DNA of 64,000 bases, taken from assembly GCA_013115145.1 (NCBI GenBank), contig JAAPAO010000082.1, positions 1-64,000 on the forward strand, given 5' to 3'. A program made the position numbers and the translations under genes. This stretch comes from Perkinsus chesapeaki ATCC PRA-425 (taxonomy: Eukaryota > Protista > Perkinsozoa). Positions 47,702 to 58,210 of this stretch are shown piece after piece (position 1 is the first letter of the stretch; each line of letters opens with the position of its first letter). The notes beneath the pieces are model-generated. The model saw nothing but the letters and a program-made list of their open reading frames with translations. It was not told the origin of the DNA and searched no databases.

Positions 47702-49770
47702 ATGGACTCCACTGAGAACCCTTCCAACCGCCCCAGTCCAACAGATGGCATTCTACCGTCCCTTATAGTGTCCCATCCAGGCGGTTCTTTTGCTAAAGAT
47801 GGTCGAGAGAACAGCAAGGTAGTATCAAGGTTTGGGGTGGCCAATATGGGATCGATAGGTGCTTATGATCTACACCGGCGGGACAGTGGGCATGCAACCG
47901 GGCCCTGATGGGTCTCTGCGACCTGTGCCGGGCTTCCTCACTGAGAAAATATCAAAGTTGGAGGAGCTTAAGCGGCCAGGCATGCCTGATTGCACTGTAA
48001 GAGTGATGCTGGAGATGCTTGGTAGTAGATGAGGCAAAGCTTAGGTTATTGAGTGGGAGGAGCTAATCGACAGTTCTGATGTTACACCAGAGCATTGGGC
48101 TAAGATGGCAAAGGTAATGGTGGGGTAAGGGAAGTGCCTAGGATAGTGTTCTAGCATCCCCTTAGTAGAATGATACTGCGTAGGGGGAAAGATGCTGAGA
48201 ATAGCAGTAGAGATAGCATCACTTGACCTCCTTCACAGGGCTGAACTTGGGCTGTAACAAGTTGTGTCGTGAGCTCCATCAGCTTCGTTATATTCCATCC
48301 TGCGACTTTTCCAAATCTTTGTTTGAAATATCTCTTGTCCTCGTCATTTTACCTCGTACTAAAGTTGAGTTGCGTAGCTATATCGTTTCAGTGTATCGAA
48401 GAGAACTACTATGATTACGATGGTTTCGTTATCGTCCACGGCACGGACACTATGGCCTATACAGCAGCAGCTCTATCCTTTATGATGGCTAATCTAGCCA
48501 AGACTGTCGTCCTCACTGGCTCAATTTTACCATTTGGGGAGCCACACAGCGATGCTCGAAGGAATATAATAGTATCCACGTTGATTGCTGGTAGTGTCTG
48601 ATAACCGCCGTCATTGGTGATGGCAATTAAATCACAGGTGTTTGTAACATCCCCGAGGTGTGCGTTTTCTTCAATACCAGCCTCCTTAGAGGTTGTCGGT
48701 CTGTCAAGGTAATGCCAAGCATCGAGTATTTCATCCAATTGATAGCTTACAGGTTGACAGCGGTTCAATAGCAGCGTTCGAGTCGCCCAACTTCCCTCCA
48801 CTAGCCACATTAGGGGTCGGTATCCACTTCAATGATCACCTGCTCATGCCTGCACCAAAGGGAAGGTTCCACGTCCACACCAATATGGAGAATTCAATAC
48901 TAGTTGTTAGGATGGTAGGCCGCCGCCGGCGCCGCTTTGGTCAGTGTTGATATTGTACTGTGGGTGTTGATAGGTGCCAGGCTTTGCTGATCTGGAGACA
49001 TTGAAGGATAGTGCGGTAAAAGGAGTGGTGCTATCGCTCTATGGGACTGGGAATGCTCCTGCTAAACAGCAGAATTTCATCAACTGGCTGCAGAGGTGAC
49101 CTGGTGGAGGGTAAAGTCTTTCGCTGGATGGTGCCCAACATGTCGTTGATCTCAAGCGTATGTCTCCGAACTGGATTTAAGCTCGGTCAAGCTTTACCAC
49201 TTGGTCTCGAAGGTTGTATGGTATCAACCAGGGGGCCATAGAGGATGATCAAGTGTTAGGTCCGGAAGGAACGCACTTGATGTTTCCTTTTTGGTCAAGT
49301 AACATATTTCCTAGTAAGATTTCAATTGTATCTTCACCGTGTTAGAGATATTTTTTGATCTCCGGGCAATATATTCCTGTGAAGCTTGAAGATTCCCTGC
49401 TATCTTAACGCTACCTGTTCTATGTCGGTCAGGTTCCACGAGAGAGGGATTGCCGTTGTAGCAGCCTCACAGTGTCTTAAGGGCCACGTGGAGCTGAATG
49501 CCTATGCTGTTGGTGCGCGCCTGTTGTCGGTTGGTGTTATCAGCGCTGGTGATATGACAGTGGAAGCAACGGTTACCAAACTCAGCTACTTGTTGGGGCG
49601 GGGGTTATCACTAAAGCAGATCAGCCGGGCGTTCGAGATGTCTCTTCGGGGGGAAGTCACCGAGGTGAGCGTGAGGCTCATACCGCTCTCTTGTTTAAGA
49701 TGCTTTCTTTTAGAGTAATGGCAATGAAGACGTCTTCCGCGGTTTTGCTGGAGTTGTATCCAAATTGTAG
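47702..49770 (+). CDS. ansA: Type I (cytoplasmic) L-asparaginase, multi-exon
   Basis: VLMIYTGGTVGM, LIDSSDV, GFVIVHGTDTMAYTAAALSF, VVLTGS, SQCLKG, DMTVEATVTKLSYLLG. Confidence 0.93.
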
Positions 49771-50007
49771 CAATCAACATCCGACAGCAGCCATGTGGCA
49801 TTTTATCACTGATTTATTTGACCTTGTTACTGTACATGCCCAGATCTTGCGTTACCAGTCGGGAGGCTCCAATATAGCTCTTAAGCTCCGGACGTGAGGG
49901 CTAGGGGAAACTGTTAATGTGATATATGAGCTCCGAACTAGGGTATCAACTTGTGACCGTTGTCCCTCTACGCCTCACTTTGTTGCCCCCAGTAGGCCCA
50001 ATTGATA

Positions 50008-50583
50008 ATGGTTAAGCGTCGTAAGGTGCCCACTAAAGAGCCAGAAGAGCCTAAGGAAGAGGACCCATCTCAATGGTCACGAGGCCAACGTAAACGAAGA
50101 GTCCGAAAAGAAGCTTTGAGTAAGCACTCGAGCGATTGTCATCGTTATCTTCTTCGATGCCAGTCCGAAAGAAACAGTTCGCAGCCGAACAGGTGAGGGC
50201 GAAACACATGAAGGAGGCCGAGGCGAAGGATAAGAGTGAGTCGCATCTGTTGGAGTAGCTCTGGTTATCGCTGGGCTTCAGGGAACGTATTGGCAAACCT
50301 TCAAGCTCTGAGGGGGTCCCTTAAGTTGGATCTTCAAGATGATAATGCTAAGGATCGGAAACATAAGAAGTTGCGTAAATTGGCGGCAAAGCCGAAGTCT
50401 CGGGCAGCTCAGCACAAGCAGAATCTCCGGGAGGTTCTCCAGTATAAAAGCGTAAGTCTGCCTTCTGTTGGCGTGCGGTAGTTGTTAACACCACAGGTGC
50501 TGTCTTTCGAGCCCTTCCAGCAGAATCCATTAGCGGCAATCCAGCAGCACCTTCGCAACACTCAAGGAGGCTCTGCCGCTTAA
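50008..50583 (+). CDS. SLX9/FAM207A-like ribosome biogenesis protein
   Basis: Basic protein with SRGQRKRR and C-terminal FEPFQQNPLAAIQQHLRNT. Confidence 0.65.
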
Positions 50584-50590
50584 CAACGTT

Positions 50591-50662
50591 ACTTCAACAG
50601 CTCACTTCGCAGTGTTCAGTGTTAATAATAGGATGACCCTAGTTCGATCCCCGGTTACGGTG
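50591..50662 (+). pseudogene. Intergenic tRNA-like relic (Ile-AAT-like loop)
   Basis: CAGCTCACTTCGCAG (A-box-like)..TTAATAA..TGAC-CCTAG-TTCGATC-CCCGG-TTACGGT-G-TTTT. Confidence 0.45.
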
Positions 50663-50759
50663 TTTTATGGTGATCCTTTTGGAGCGATCATCCGTACGCT
50701 GCTTTTCGACTTGGGTGTCTCCAAACGGGTATATAGCCAAATGGACATCCGGAGCTCCG

Positions 50760-52257
50760 ATGAAGCTTCCATTGCCATCGAAAGTACTGGCAAATAGTCT
50801 AGACATTGATGCTCAGTGGCTCTTCAAGAAGTTGTAACTGCTGCATGAACTCGAAATACGTTTCACAACTGCTTACCGAGCTCGCTGTTGAAATGATAAG
50901 GGCACTGCGATCAAAGAGCTGTGGGAGGTTCGGTTCCACTCTCGGGGCTGTTCACAACCATTACGGCAGCAACTTGGGATATAGCTAGGAGGTGTTGGTG
51001 CCACATACTCGATAACAGTCAAAGGTCAACAGAAATGAGCGAGACGCATGTGACCTACAAACTCGCCTGTGTTGTACCGTTGCTGTCTACTCAAGCTTTC
51101 GTTCGGGCCATCTAGTCTTCTAGATACTTTGTGTGGCGAAGAACTTTGCCAACTCGAAGGAGGAGCTCAAAACCCATAGGAGCAAACTGACGGAATCGAT
51201 GGAGAAGGTATCAGCCATTAGCAGATTAGCTCACCACCTAGCTGTCAATTTCTGGTGACAAATGACTGATTAGCGAGGCGACCTTGATAGATTCTGGTGG
51301 AGCTTATTTTAAGTGCATTTCCGAACCTGCCGATTGCGACCCTGTTCTCAGGCGATCATCTTCAGTAAGTCCTTCACTTCACTAGTTCCCATAGAGCAGC
51401 CCATATCACTACAACAACGCACTGATGTCTACTACGAGACGGAGCTAGCATTATTGATTGCAAAAACGGTGACCTTCCGCCAGTCTTCTCTCATGCTTTT
51501 CAAAGCGTAGCAGTTACCATGCTCCGTTGGTGGCTGCGATCCTCAAGATTCCCTTGCCGCTGTCGGAGGGCTCGCAGTGGCGTTGGATCTCACCCTAAAG
51601 GATGTTCAGAACTCCTGCAAAGCCGTCGGAGGTAGCGCTTGTTGTCGGCGAGCTAACTTCAAATTCATCTAGGCTCGTGGGAGAAGGCCAAGGGCTTTGA
51701 CAGGAGCAGTCCTATATCGGACTGGGTTAAAATCGATGGCCTTAGAGATGACATGAAGTGGACTATCACAACTACTATTGATGGGCAATTGGTAAGCTAT
51801 CACAATGCCGCCTTGCCTTCGGCTGTGTAGCCAGGGGGTCATAAAGGAATACCAGATGTTACGCCTAGAGCTTGAAGTCACTTGATATCTTTCCTGGGAC
51901 CATGTAACTTCCGCATTAGATCATCACCGAGGGGCACCCTTCAATGGAGCTAGACAAATCCTTGCGCCAATTCATTGTACGGGTTGTGCCTTTCTAGGTC
52001 CAACAGCAAAGTACTGGAGATATGCTAGTTCCGATAGGGCATCTCCTTTCACAATTGACCAATTCCTTTACCCTATTGCCGGGAGACATAGTAAGTCCTA
52101 AGGTGTCATCAAAAGGCTAACACCTGTCGTCTATCTTAAGATTCTTACGGGAACCCCTGTGCTGCCGAAGGGGCCTGGAAGGTTGGCGCCTGGCATGCAG
52201 TTGGAGATGAGCATTGAACCATCGATTGGAACCTTCACTACTAAGATAACCGAATAG
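50760..52257 (+). CDS. Fumarylacetoacetate hydrolase domain protein (FAHD1-like), multi-exon; start approximate
   Basis: ILCVAKNF, IIFSKSFTSL, YYETELALLIAK, VGGLAVALDLTLKDVQ, PWEKAKGFDRSSP, ILTGTP. Confidence 0.85.
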
Positions 52258-52397
52258 TTCTCATCGTGAAGTAGTTATCTGTTGAGCTGTAAGCTACAAT
52301 CAAATGACACTAACTGATATAACAACGCAATTGTCGATTAAGGGAAATGAAGACCACAAAAGGGGCTATAACTAATAAGTCACTTGTCTAAATAGGA

Positions 52398-54149
52398 TTA
52401 CCAGAGTAACGCAGCCGAGGCAGTTGTTGAAGTACTGTCGCAGTCACGACACATGCATCTGTCTACATCCTGGTGGTAGTCTTTAACACAGTTGGAGAAC
52501 CCCATTTGGCGGGAGAACTCATCACCATAATAACATCTTACCCATTCCCAGTTATGAATAACATACAATGAACCGTGAATATCGTAAAGGTAGTCGAATT
52601 GTTCTTGAGTGAGAATGCCGTCGGAAACTGTACGAGCCTTTAACTCATTAAGCAAGTCCCAAGCATATTCGATACCACCAGAGGGATCGGGATACGAATC
52701 GGTACCATAGGCACACATGGAGAGCTTCCAGCAATACTGATCAACGGTACAAGAACCTTCCAACATGATGGTGATCTTAGCCTTTAGATTCTCCCATCCA
52801 GGTTGAGTACAAACTTCACATTGTTCAGTCATCATATAATTCATACGATATAAAAGATCATCTTTATAATCTCCATCAATAGCATTACGATAAAGCATCA
52901 TAGTAGCATGATCAGCATATTGCATTATATATTGAGTACCAAGAGTATTCTTTTGTCCTTCTATAGCAAAATCAATAAATAATGATCCAGGAGCATAACC
53001 CATCTTATTAGTAACATCCTCCTTCATCTCTTGAGCCTTCAGCAAAGTCTTCTTGATATCTTCGGGCTCCATATGTTCCACATCGAAACTCAAACCGACT
53101 GGAGCAATGGCTTGCATATCCTTAGCCGTGATGTAGTCCTCCAAGTACTTCTGGAACGTATCCACGAACTCGAGCATACGAGATCCCTTGCCGGTCTTGA
53201 CATCCCCGTATGTGAGCCATAACCTTTGGTCGTTACCGGTGCGTTGGCGCCATTCTTTCATAAAAGGTAGCAGCTTCTCTGCATCATGAATTCGGTCTGG
53301 ATTGGTGTTATCAGCAATGTTAACATAAACATCACCAGAGTTCCATAATTTACCAATATCAGAGGCACCAAAGTTAATCAATGATGGATCACCCTTCCTC
53401 CAATAATCTTGAGACCATGAGTATGTACCAAACCTACGCTCATTCGTCTCGTTACTAGTAGTAGTGGTAGGTGTCGGTGTTGTCGTCACCTCTGTGGTGG
53501 CTGTCGTTAAAGGCGACGTTGTCCCATGAATCGTGGAAGCAACAGTCGTTGTAGTTGGCAGTTCAGTCGTAGTGGTGACAGCCTCCCTGGTCGTCATGAC
53601 AGACCCAGATGTCGTCTGAGTGCTGGCTGCAGCACTCGACGTTGATGGTGGAGTAGTGCCGCTTGTGCTGGTCGTACTGGTCGTGGTAGCAGGAGCCTCT
53701 GTGGTCGTCATCGCCTGTGACGTAACAGAGTGGCAGGAACATGGGGCATTGGTGCCTGAGCAGACACTTGGAACTGTCCAGTATTTGCAGTAGGATCCCG
53801 GGTGCAGTGATGCACAATACGAGTCTCCTTCAGTGCAACCGGTTTCGGTTGTTGTAGATGTCGCCGCAGTGGTGGGCGTGGTCACCGAGTGCACGGAAGC
53901 TGTCGTGCTACTTTTCCTTGTAGTTGTGGTGGCCGGACCTTCGGTCGTGCCCTGTGGGGTGGTGCTGCCATCGCAAGAACACTCAGTGTTATCAGACTGG
54001 CATCTGCTGGGAGTCTCCCAGTACTTACAGTACGACCCCGGATGAATTGAGGCGCAGAAAGCATCCCCAGAGGGACAGTCAGTAGTGGCAGCAGAAGTGA
54101 GAGAGTATAATGATAAGACGGAGAGATAAGATATTATAAAGCTTTTCAT
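52398..54149 (-). CDS. Intronless secreted protein: two Cys-rich modules, Thr-rich linkers and a GH-like TIM-barrel domain
   Basis: Signal MKSFIISYLSVLSLYSLTSA; module CxxGDx(F/Y)CASxHPGSYCKYWxxPSxC..CSC twice; GLSFDVEH and ATMMLYRN motifs; paralogous to 35255-36260. Confidence 0.85.
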   Translation of the reverse strand: MKSFIISYLSVLSLYSLTSAATTDCPSGDAFCASIHPGSYCKYWETPSRCQSDNTECSCDGSTTPQGTTEGPATTTTRKSSTTASVHSVTTPTTAATSTTTETGCTEGDSYCASLHPGSYCKYWTVPSVCSGTNAPCSCHSVTSQAMTTTEAPATTTSTTSTSGTTPPSTSSAAASTQTTSGSVMTTREAVTTTTELPTTTTVASTIHGTTSPLTTATTEVTTTPTPTTTTSNETNERRFGTYSWSQDYWRKGDPSLINFGASDIGKLWNSGDVYVNIADNTNPDRIHDAEKLLPFMKEWRQRTGNDQRLWLTYGDVKTGKGSRMLEFVDTFQKYLEDYITAKDMQAIAPVGLSFDVEHMEPEDIKKTLLKAQEMKEDVTNKMGYAPGSLFIDFAIEGQKNTLGTQYIMQYADHATMMLYRNAIDGDYKDDLLYRMNYMMTEQCEVCTQPGWENLKAKITIMLEGSCTVDQYCWKLSMCAYGTDSYPDPSGGIEYAWDLLNELKARTVSDGILTQEQFDYLYDIHGSLYVIHNWEWVRCYYGDEFSRQMGFSNCVKDYHQDVDRCMCRDCDSTSTTASAALLW

Positions 54150-55200
54150 AGTAACAGAAGCGAAAAGGAACTGCTTAGCCACATAGTAACTGCCTATTTC
54201 ACTAATATCGCATTTTCCTGCTTAGTCGTTTCCACAGCTCCATTAGTGACACAATGGACCGCTGTGTGAGCACGCGAAGGACAGAGTTGTGTATTTTTCC
54301 TGTCTTTGGTTTCATCTACCAAATCCATTTATCAATTATCGACAGATGCCGGCCACCGACCTTGAAAGCAAGATGTCGTTCTTAGACCTTTACTGGCTTG
54401 AGTAGTGCTTTCTTCGGGACAGAAAGCTTGCTGTATCGCTACTAGCACTGTATCTTCGAAGTATCTTTCGGGGACAACTTATTGTGTCATGATATACAAC
54501 CAACACAACAGGACAGGCACCTTTACACTTCGTTTCGTCCAGAACCCATCTTCCCGCCTAAGACATCGGACAGCCAATACCGTAATGACGTCCAACTCGA
54601 TGAAAACGTGCAGTTTGTCACATGATCACCGAACCCTATGGCTCACTGATTCCTAACGTCGTCCCACGAACCCCATGCACCCTACAGGTGACATTAGTAT
54701 TCACATCCAAGCTGCTGCGGAAAGACACTAGTTTTACGGTCGTCGTCGGGTACCGTTTCAGTGTTGACGTTGTTATATTATCTATTCTTGCATTCTTCAT
54801 TATTGCTTGTATCGAAAGCATTTCTTGATTCGGACACTATAGTATAACACAACCAAGTGAATTGGAGAGGAAAACAAAAGCCTTGCTGATGAGACAGTGT
54901 ACTTCTACGGATGGGATATTGATCAGTGTTGAGAAGGAGACGTGATGATAGTGTCGTTGTTATTATTATTAGCAGATATGACTACAATGCAACACAACTA
55001 ATACTACTATTGCGTGCAGCACTGTACCCCATCAGTTAGGCATTGGGAAGCACAAGAGGCAATACTCTACTGGATGCCCCATTAACGAATGGTACGATAA
55101 TAAGATATAGGAGGGAAGGAAAACAACAGCAACAACAACCTCATAACAATCCACCACCAGCAATGACATTATAACAATGGAAACCATTTTCTTCATCAAT

Positions 55201-57365
55201 CTAGAACGGGGCCTCATTTGCCAGAAACCAAAGCTGCTGTCGTGCTGCACTAAATACGTCTGTTGAGTCCAGTTCATAGAACTCATAAAAGGTTCGTTTA
55301 ACCTTAACTGCTGCTGCTGCTGCCGCTTCCCTCTTCAATGCTGCAGCTTCTATCTCACCATTCGCCCTGGGCACCGCCTCACTCGTTCGCTTACTAGCTT
55401 CCAACACCGGAGCTGTCTTCTCCGTTCTCAATCTAGGCGCTGCTGCTGTTGAAGATGATGACGTCTTAGGTGCACTACCATTAAACGTACCCTTCCCTGT
55501 GCGCAATCCACCAGTATTCTTCCCCTTTTCCCCACTAGACGCCATTTGTCGGCCTCGAGAGGTAACAGCAGCGGAAGCCTGCTTCTTCGGTAGTACCGCC
55601 TGTGGCTGCCTTCGTTGGTTCGGACCGGACGTCCGGCGATCTGCGCTATTAGAGGGCCGTTTAGGCTTATTTTTCCCCACAGTTTGCCATTCACCGTCCT
55701 CACTATCATCAACCGCTGTGACCACTTGTGCCCTAATCCCCATGGGCTCCACTACCCCACCGCTCTTTGCAGTAGCCCGCACTAGAGTACTCTCATGTAC
55801 GATAATTGAATCAATTGATGAAGAGGATGACGATGAGGATGAAAGAGAGCTATCAGACCGCGATCGAGGTGACTGTGATGCTCCAGGAGATACTACCGTA
55901 GACACGGTACTGCTGTTGATACCATTACTAACCGCACCCGTGGGCACCTCCACAGTCGGCACCTTTGCTGAACCCTTTGAACTGTCTATCTTCCCCCTCG
56001 AATGAGCCTCAGCCTCCTGCTGACCACCTGCCTTCTTAGCTTGGCGCTTCTTCCTTTTCTTCGATCCTTTTGTCGTCTGTTGTTGTTGTTGCTGCTGCTG
56101 TTGCTCGGTCGGTTGCTCGCCAGCTTCGAGATCCACAAAAGGTATATTGGTGGACACAGATTCATAGGGTATGTATTGAAGGAATCGGGACGAGGACGAC
56201 TGTGGGGCACCGCCGAGGAATGGTGACATCTCCTGTTGCTGCTGTTCTCGTTGGCTTTCACGACTTAGCCGTTGAAGAGATGCGAAGCGGTCCTTATAGT
56301 ACTCAGAGAGAATCCTCTGAAACAGATATGGACTACTCCGACACTTCCTCGTCCTCAGTCTTACGAATTCAAGTGCCTGCGCCAATATAGAGTCCAAATC
56401 ACCGTACTTAACGACATTGTACTCTACACCGTCCAATAGACGATACCACATCTGAGATGAGAGCAAAGAGCGGTATGGCCATGCAGGGACATCCAACACC
56501 GAAAGAGACTACCACCATAACCTTCAAACGTTACCCCTACTATATAGTACCTCCTTCCTTGTCACCAAACGGCTCCTATTCCTCTTGGCATTTCGCAAGA
56601 AATCATCGCATCGCTCGTCGATGAACTACAGCAGAGACATGTGATGGACCGACAAAGGGGAGTGATATTACGTCGAAGAGACTATGGTTCATCAGGGCCC
56701 TCATCCGTGGTTGAAGAGCGTCTGGCCTTCCATCGATCTCGTTGCTTGGGCCATTGTCCTCTAGTAACATATAACCTGATGACACCACTCCCGATACCAT
56801 CGACCACATGCCCAGCCGGATAGGCTACCGTCTTTAAATGTAGCGGGTTGCTGTTTGGTAACTTCGTACTCAGGAAGTAAATTATGATTGGTAGTATCGA
56901 AGAGCTGCATAAGCCTCGGGTGCTTACTGCTGGAATCACTGTGATCGCCGCTGCCCATACGCGCACACCAAGCCGCCTAAACATGATAATAAAGTAGCGC
57001 CAGGCAGACCTCCGACGTGACCACGTACCCTTTGACGATCCATTAGCCGTGCAACAAACTCTTTATCAACAATAGTAAGCAATGACTGGCGGGCGGTGTT
57101 TGATAGCTTCCCATAGGCCTCCATTATCTCCTTTCTATTCACCTATAAGACACTCCCAAGATACCTCTATCAAGTGCATAGTTATTACCATAGGAAGCTG
57201 CTTATCAATCTTAGCGAAGACGGACGGTATCATAACAGTAAAGGCATTGCCTGTTCCATGGCCGACATCCTCACGGAACGTTAAGCCTCTAGTCTGCTCT
57301 CCGCCCCCTCCAGCCGGGGCAGCTGTCCCGGACGGTCCCGATACAAGCTGGGGTCCGCGAGACAT
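55201..57365 (-). CDS. Hypothetical protein with low-complexity Ser/Gln/Lys-rich C-terminal half, multi-exon
   Basis: 432-aa ORF plus upstream spliced exons (MSRGPQLV.., YGKLSNTARQSLLTIVDKEFVARL). Confidence 0.6.
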
Positions 57366-57909
57366 TAGTGCGGAAAAATGGTACTGAGAATTTAAAGAGA
57401 CCATGCCAAAGGGAAAAATAGGAAAGTGAATGACAGAAGGAAATCGAGAACTGGATAGATACCTCATAGTGTAATAGTGAATGCTTTATTTAGTTAATTA
57501 TAGGAACATATCGCATTGGTGTAGTATGAGAACGTATCACGATAGTGACAAACATCATGTGGATAACACTGCATTGTGATCTCGGTGTGAAATTGCCAGG
57601 TGAGAGCAACACGCACTCTAGTGAGTATCTTGAGGTAGGAAGAGTGTCTCATGTAATGGCAAGAGTAATGCTTATGGTAGACAATATTAGTGAAGCAAAG
57701 GACAGAGATCACAAGACAAAGCACATGAACAAAAAGTAAGAAATCGTTGGGAATTTGTTGCGCACTGAAACCAATTGGGTAGGAAGGTGAATAGTCAAGT
57801 GAGCCATCAACGGTAGATAACAATACGAATACAGCGAGGAGACAATGCTAGATTCAACGATGCAGATTGCAATTATACGGCAGATGAGAGGATAAGGAGA
57901 AAGAGAAAG

Positions 57910-57991
57910 TGAGTGCTGTGGGGTTCGAACCCACGCGGACACTGTCCATTGGATCTTAAGTCCAACCCCTTAACCGCTCGGGCAAACACTC
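57910..57991 (-). tRNA. trnL-TAA: tRNA-Leu(TAA), intact, intergenic
   Basis: GAGTGTT-TG-CCCGAGCGGTTAAGGG-G-TTGGA-CTTAAGA-TCCAA-long variable arm-GTGGG-TTCGAAC-CCCAC-AGCACTC-A. Confidence 0.97.
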
Positions 57992-58210
57992 CGCTGTAAC
58001 GCAAGTTGAATTATTGGATACCCCCCGAAGAGCGCAAGGTGAATGACCACACTTCGACTTCCAACACAACCCTTTAGCACTAGAAACTGAACGAGTTCTA
58101 CAAGGGCGATTAACATCTTAAAACTCAAGTGGTATCACTTTGAAAAAATGAATAGGAAACATACTTAATGATACGCACTTGTGTTAAAACGAGCATTATT
58201 TGAGGCTTCG

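Noticed and set aside
51229-51270. TTAGCTCA..CACCTAGCTGTCA, sharing 13 nt with the 10.5-kb relic
   Set aside because: No B-box; many 13-mer matches are expected by chance in pairwise comparison of 64 kb.
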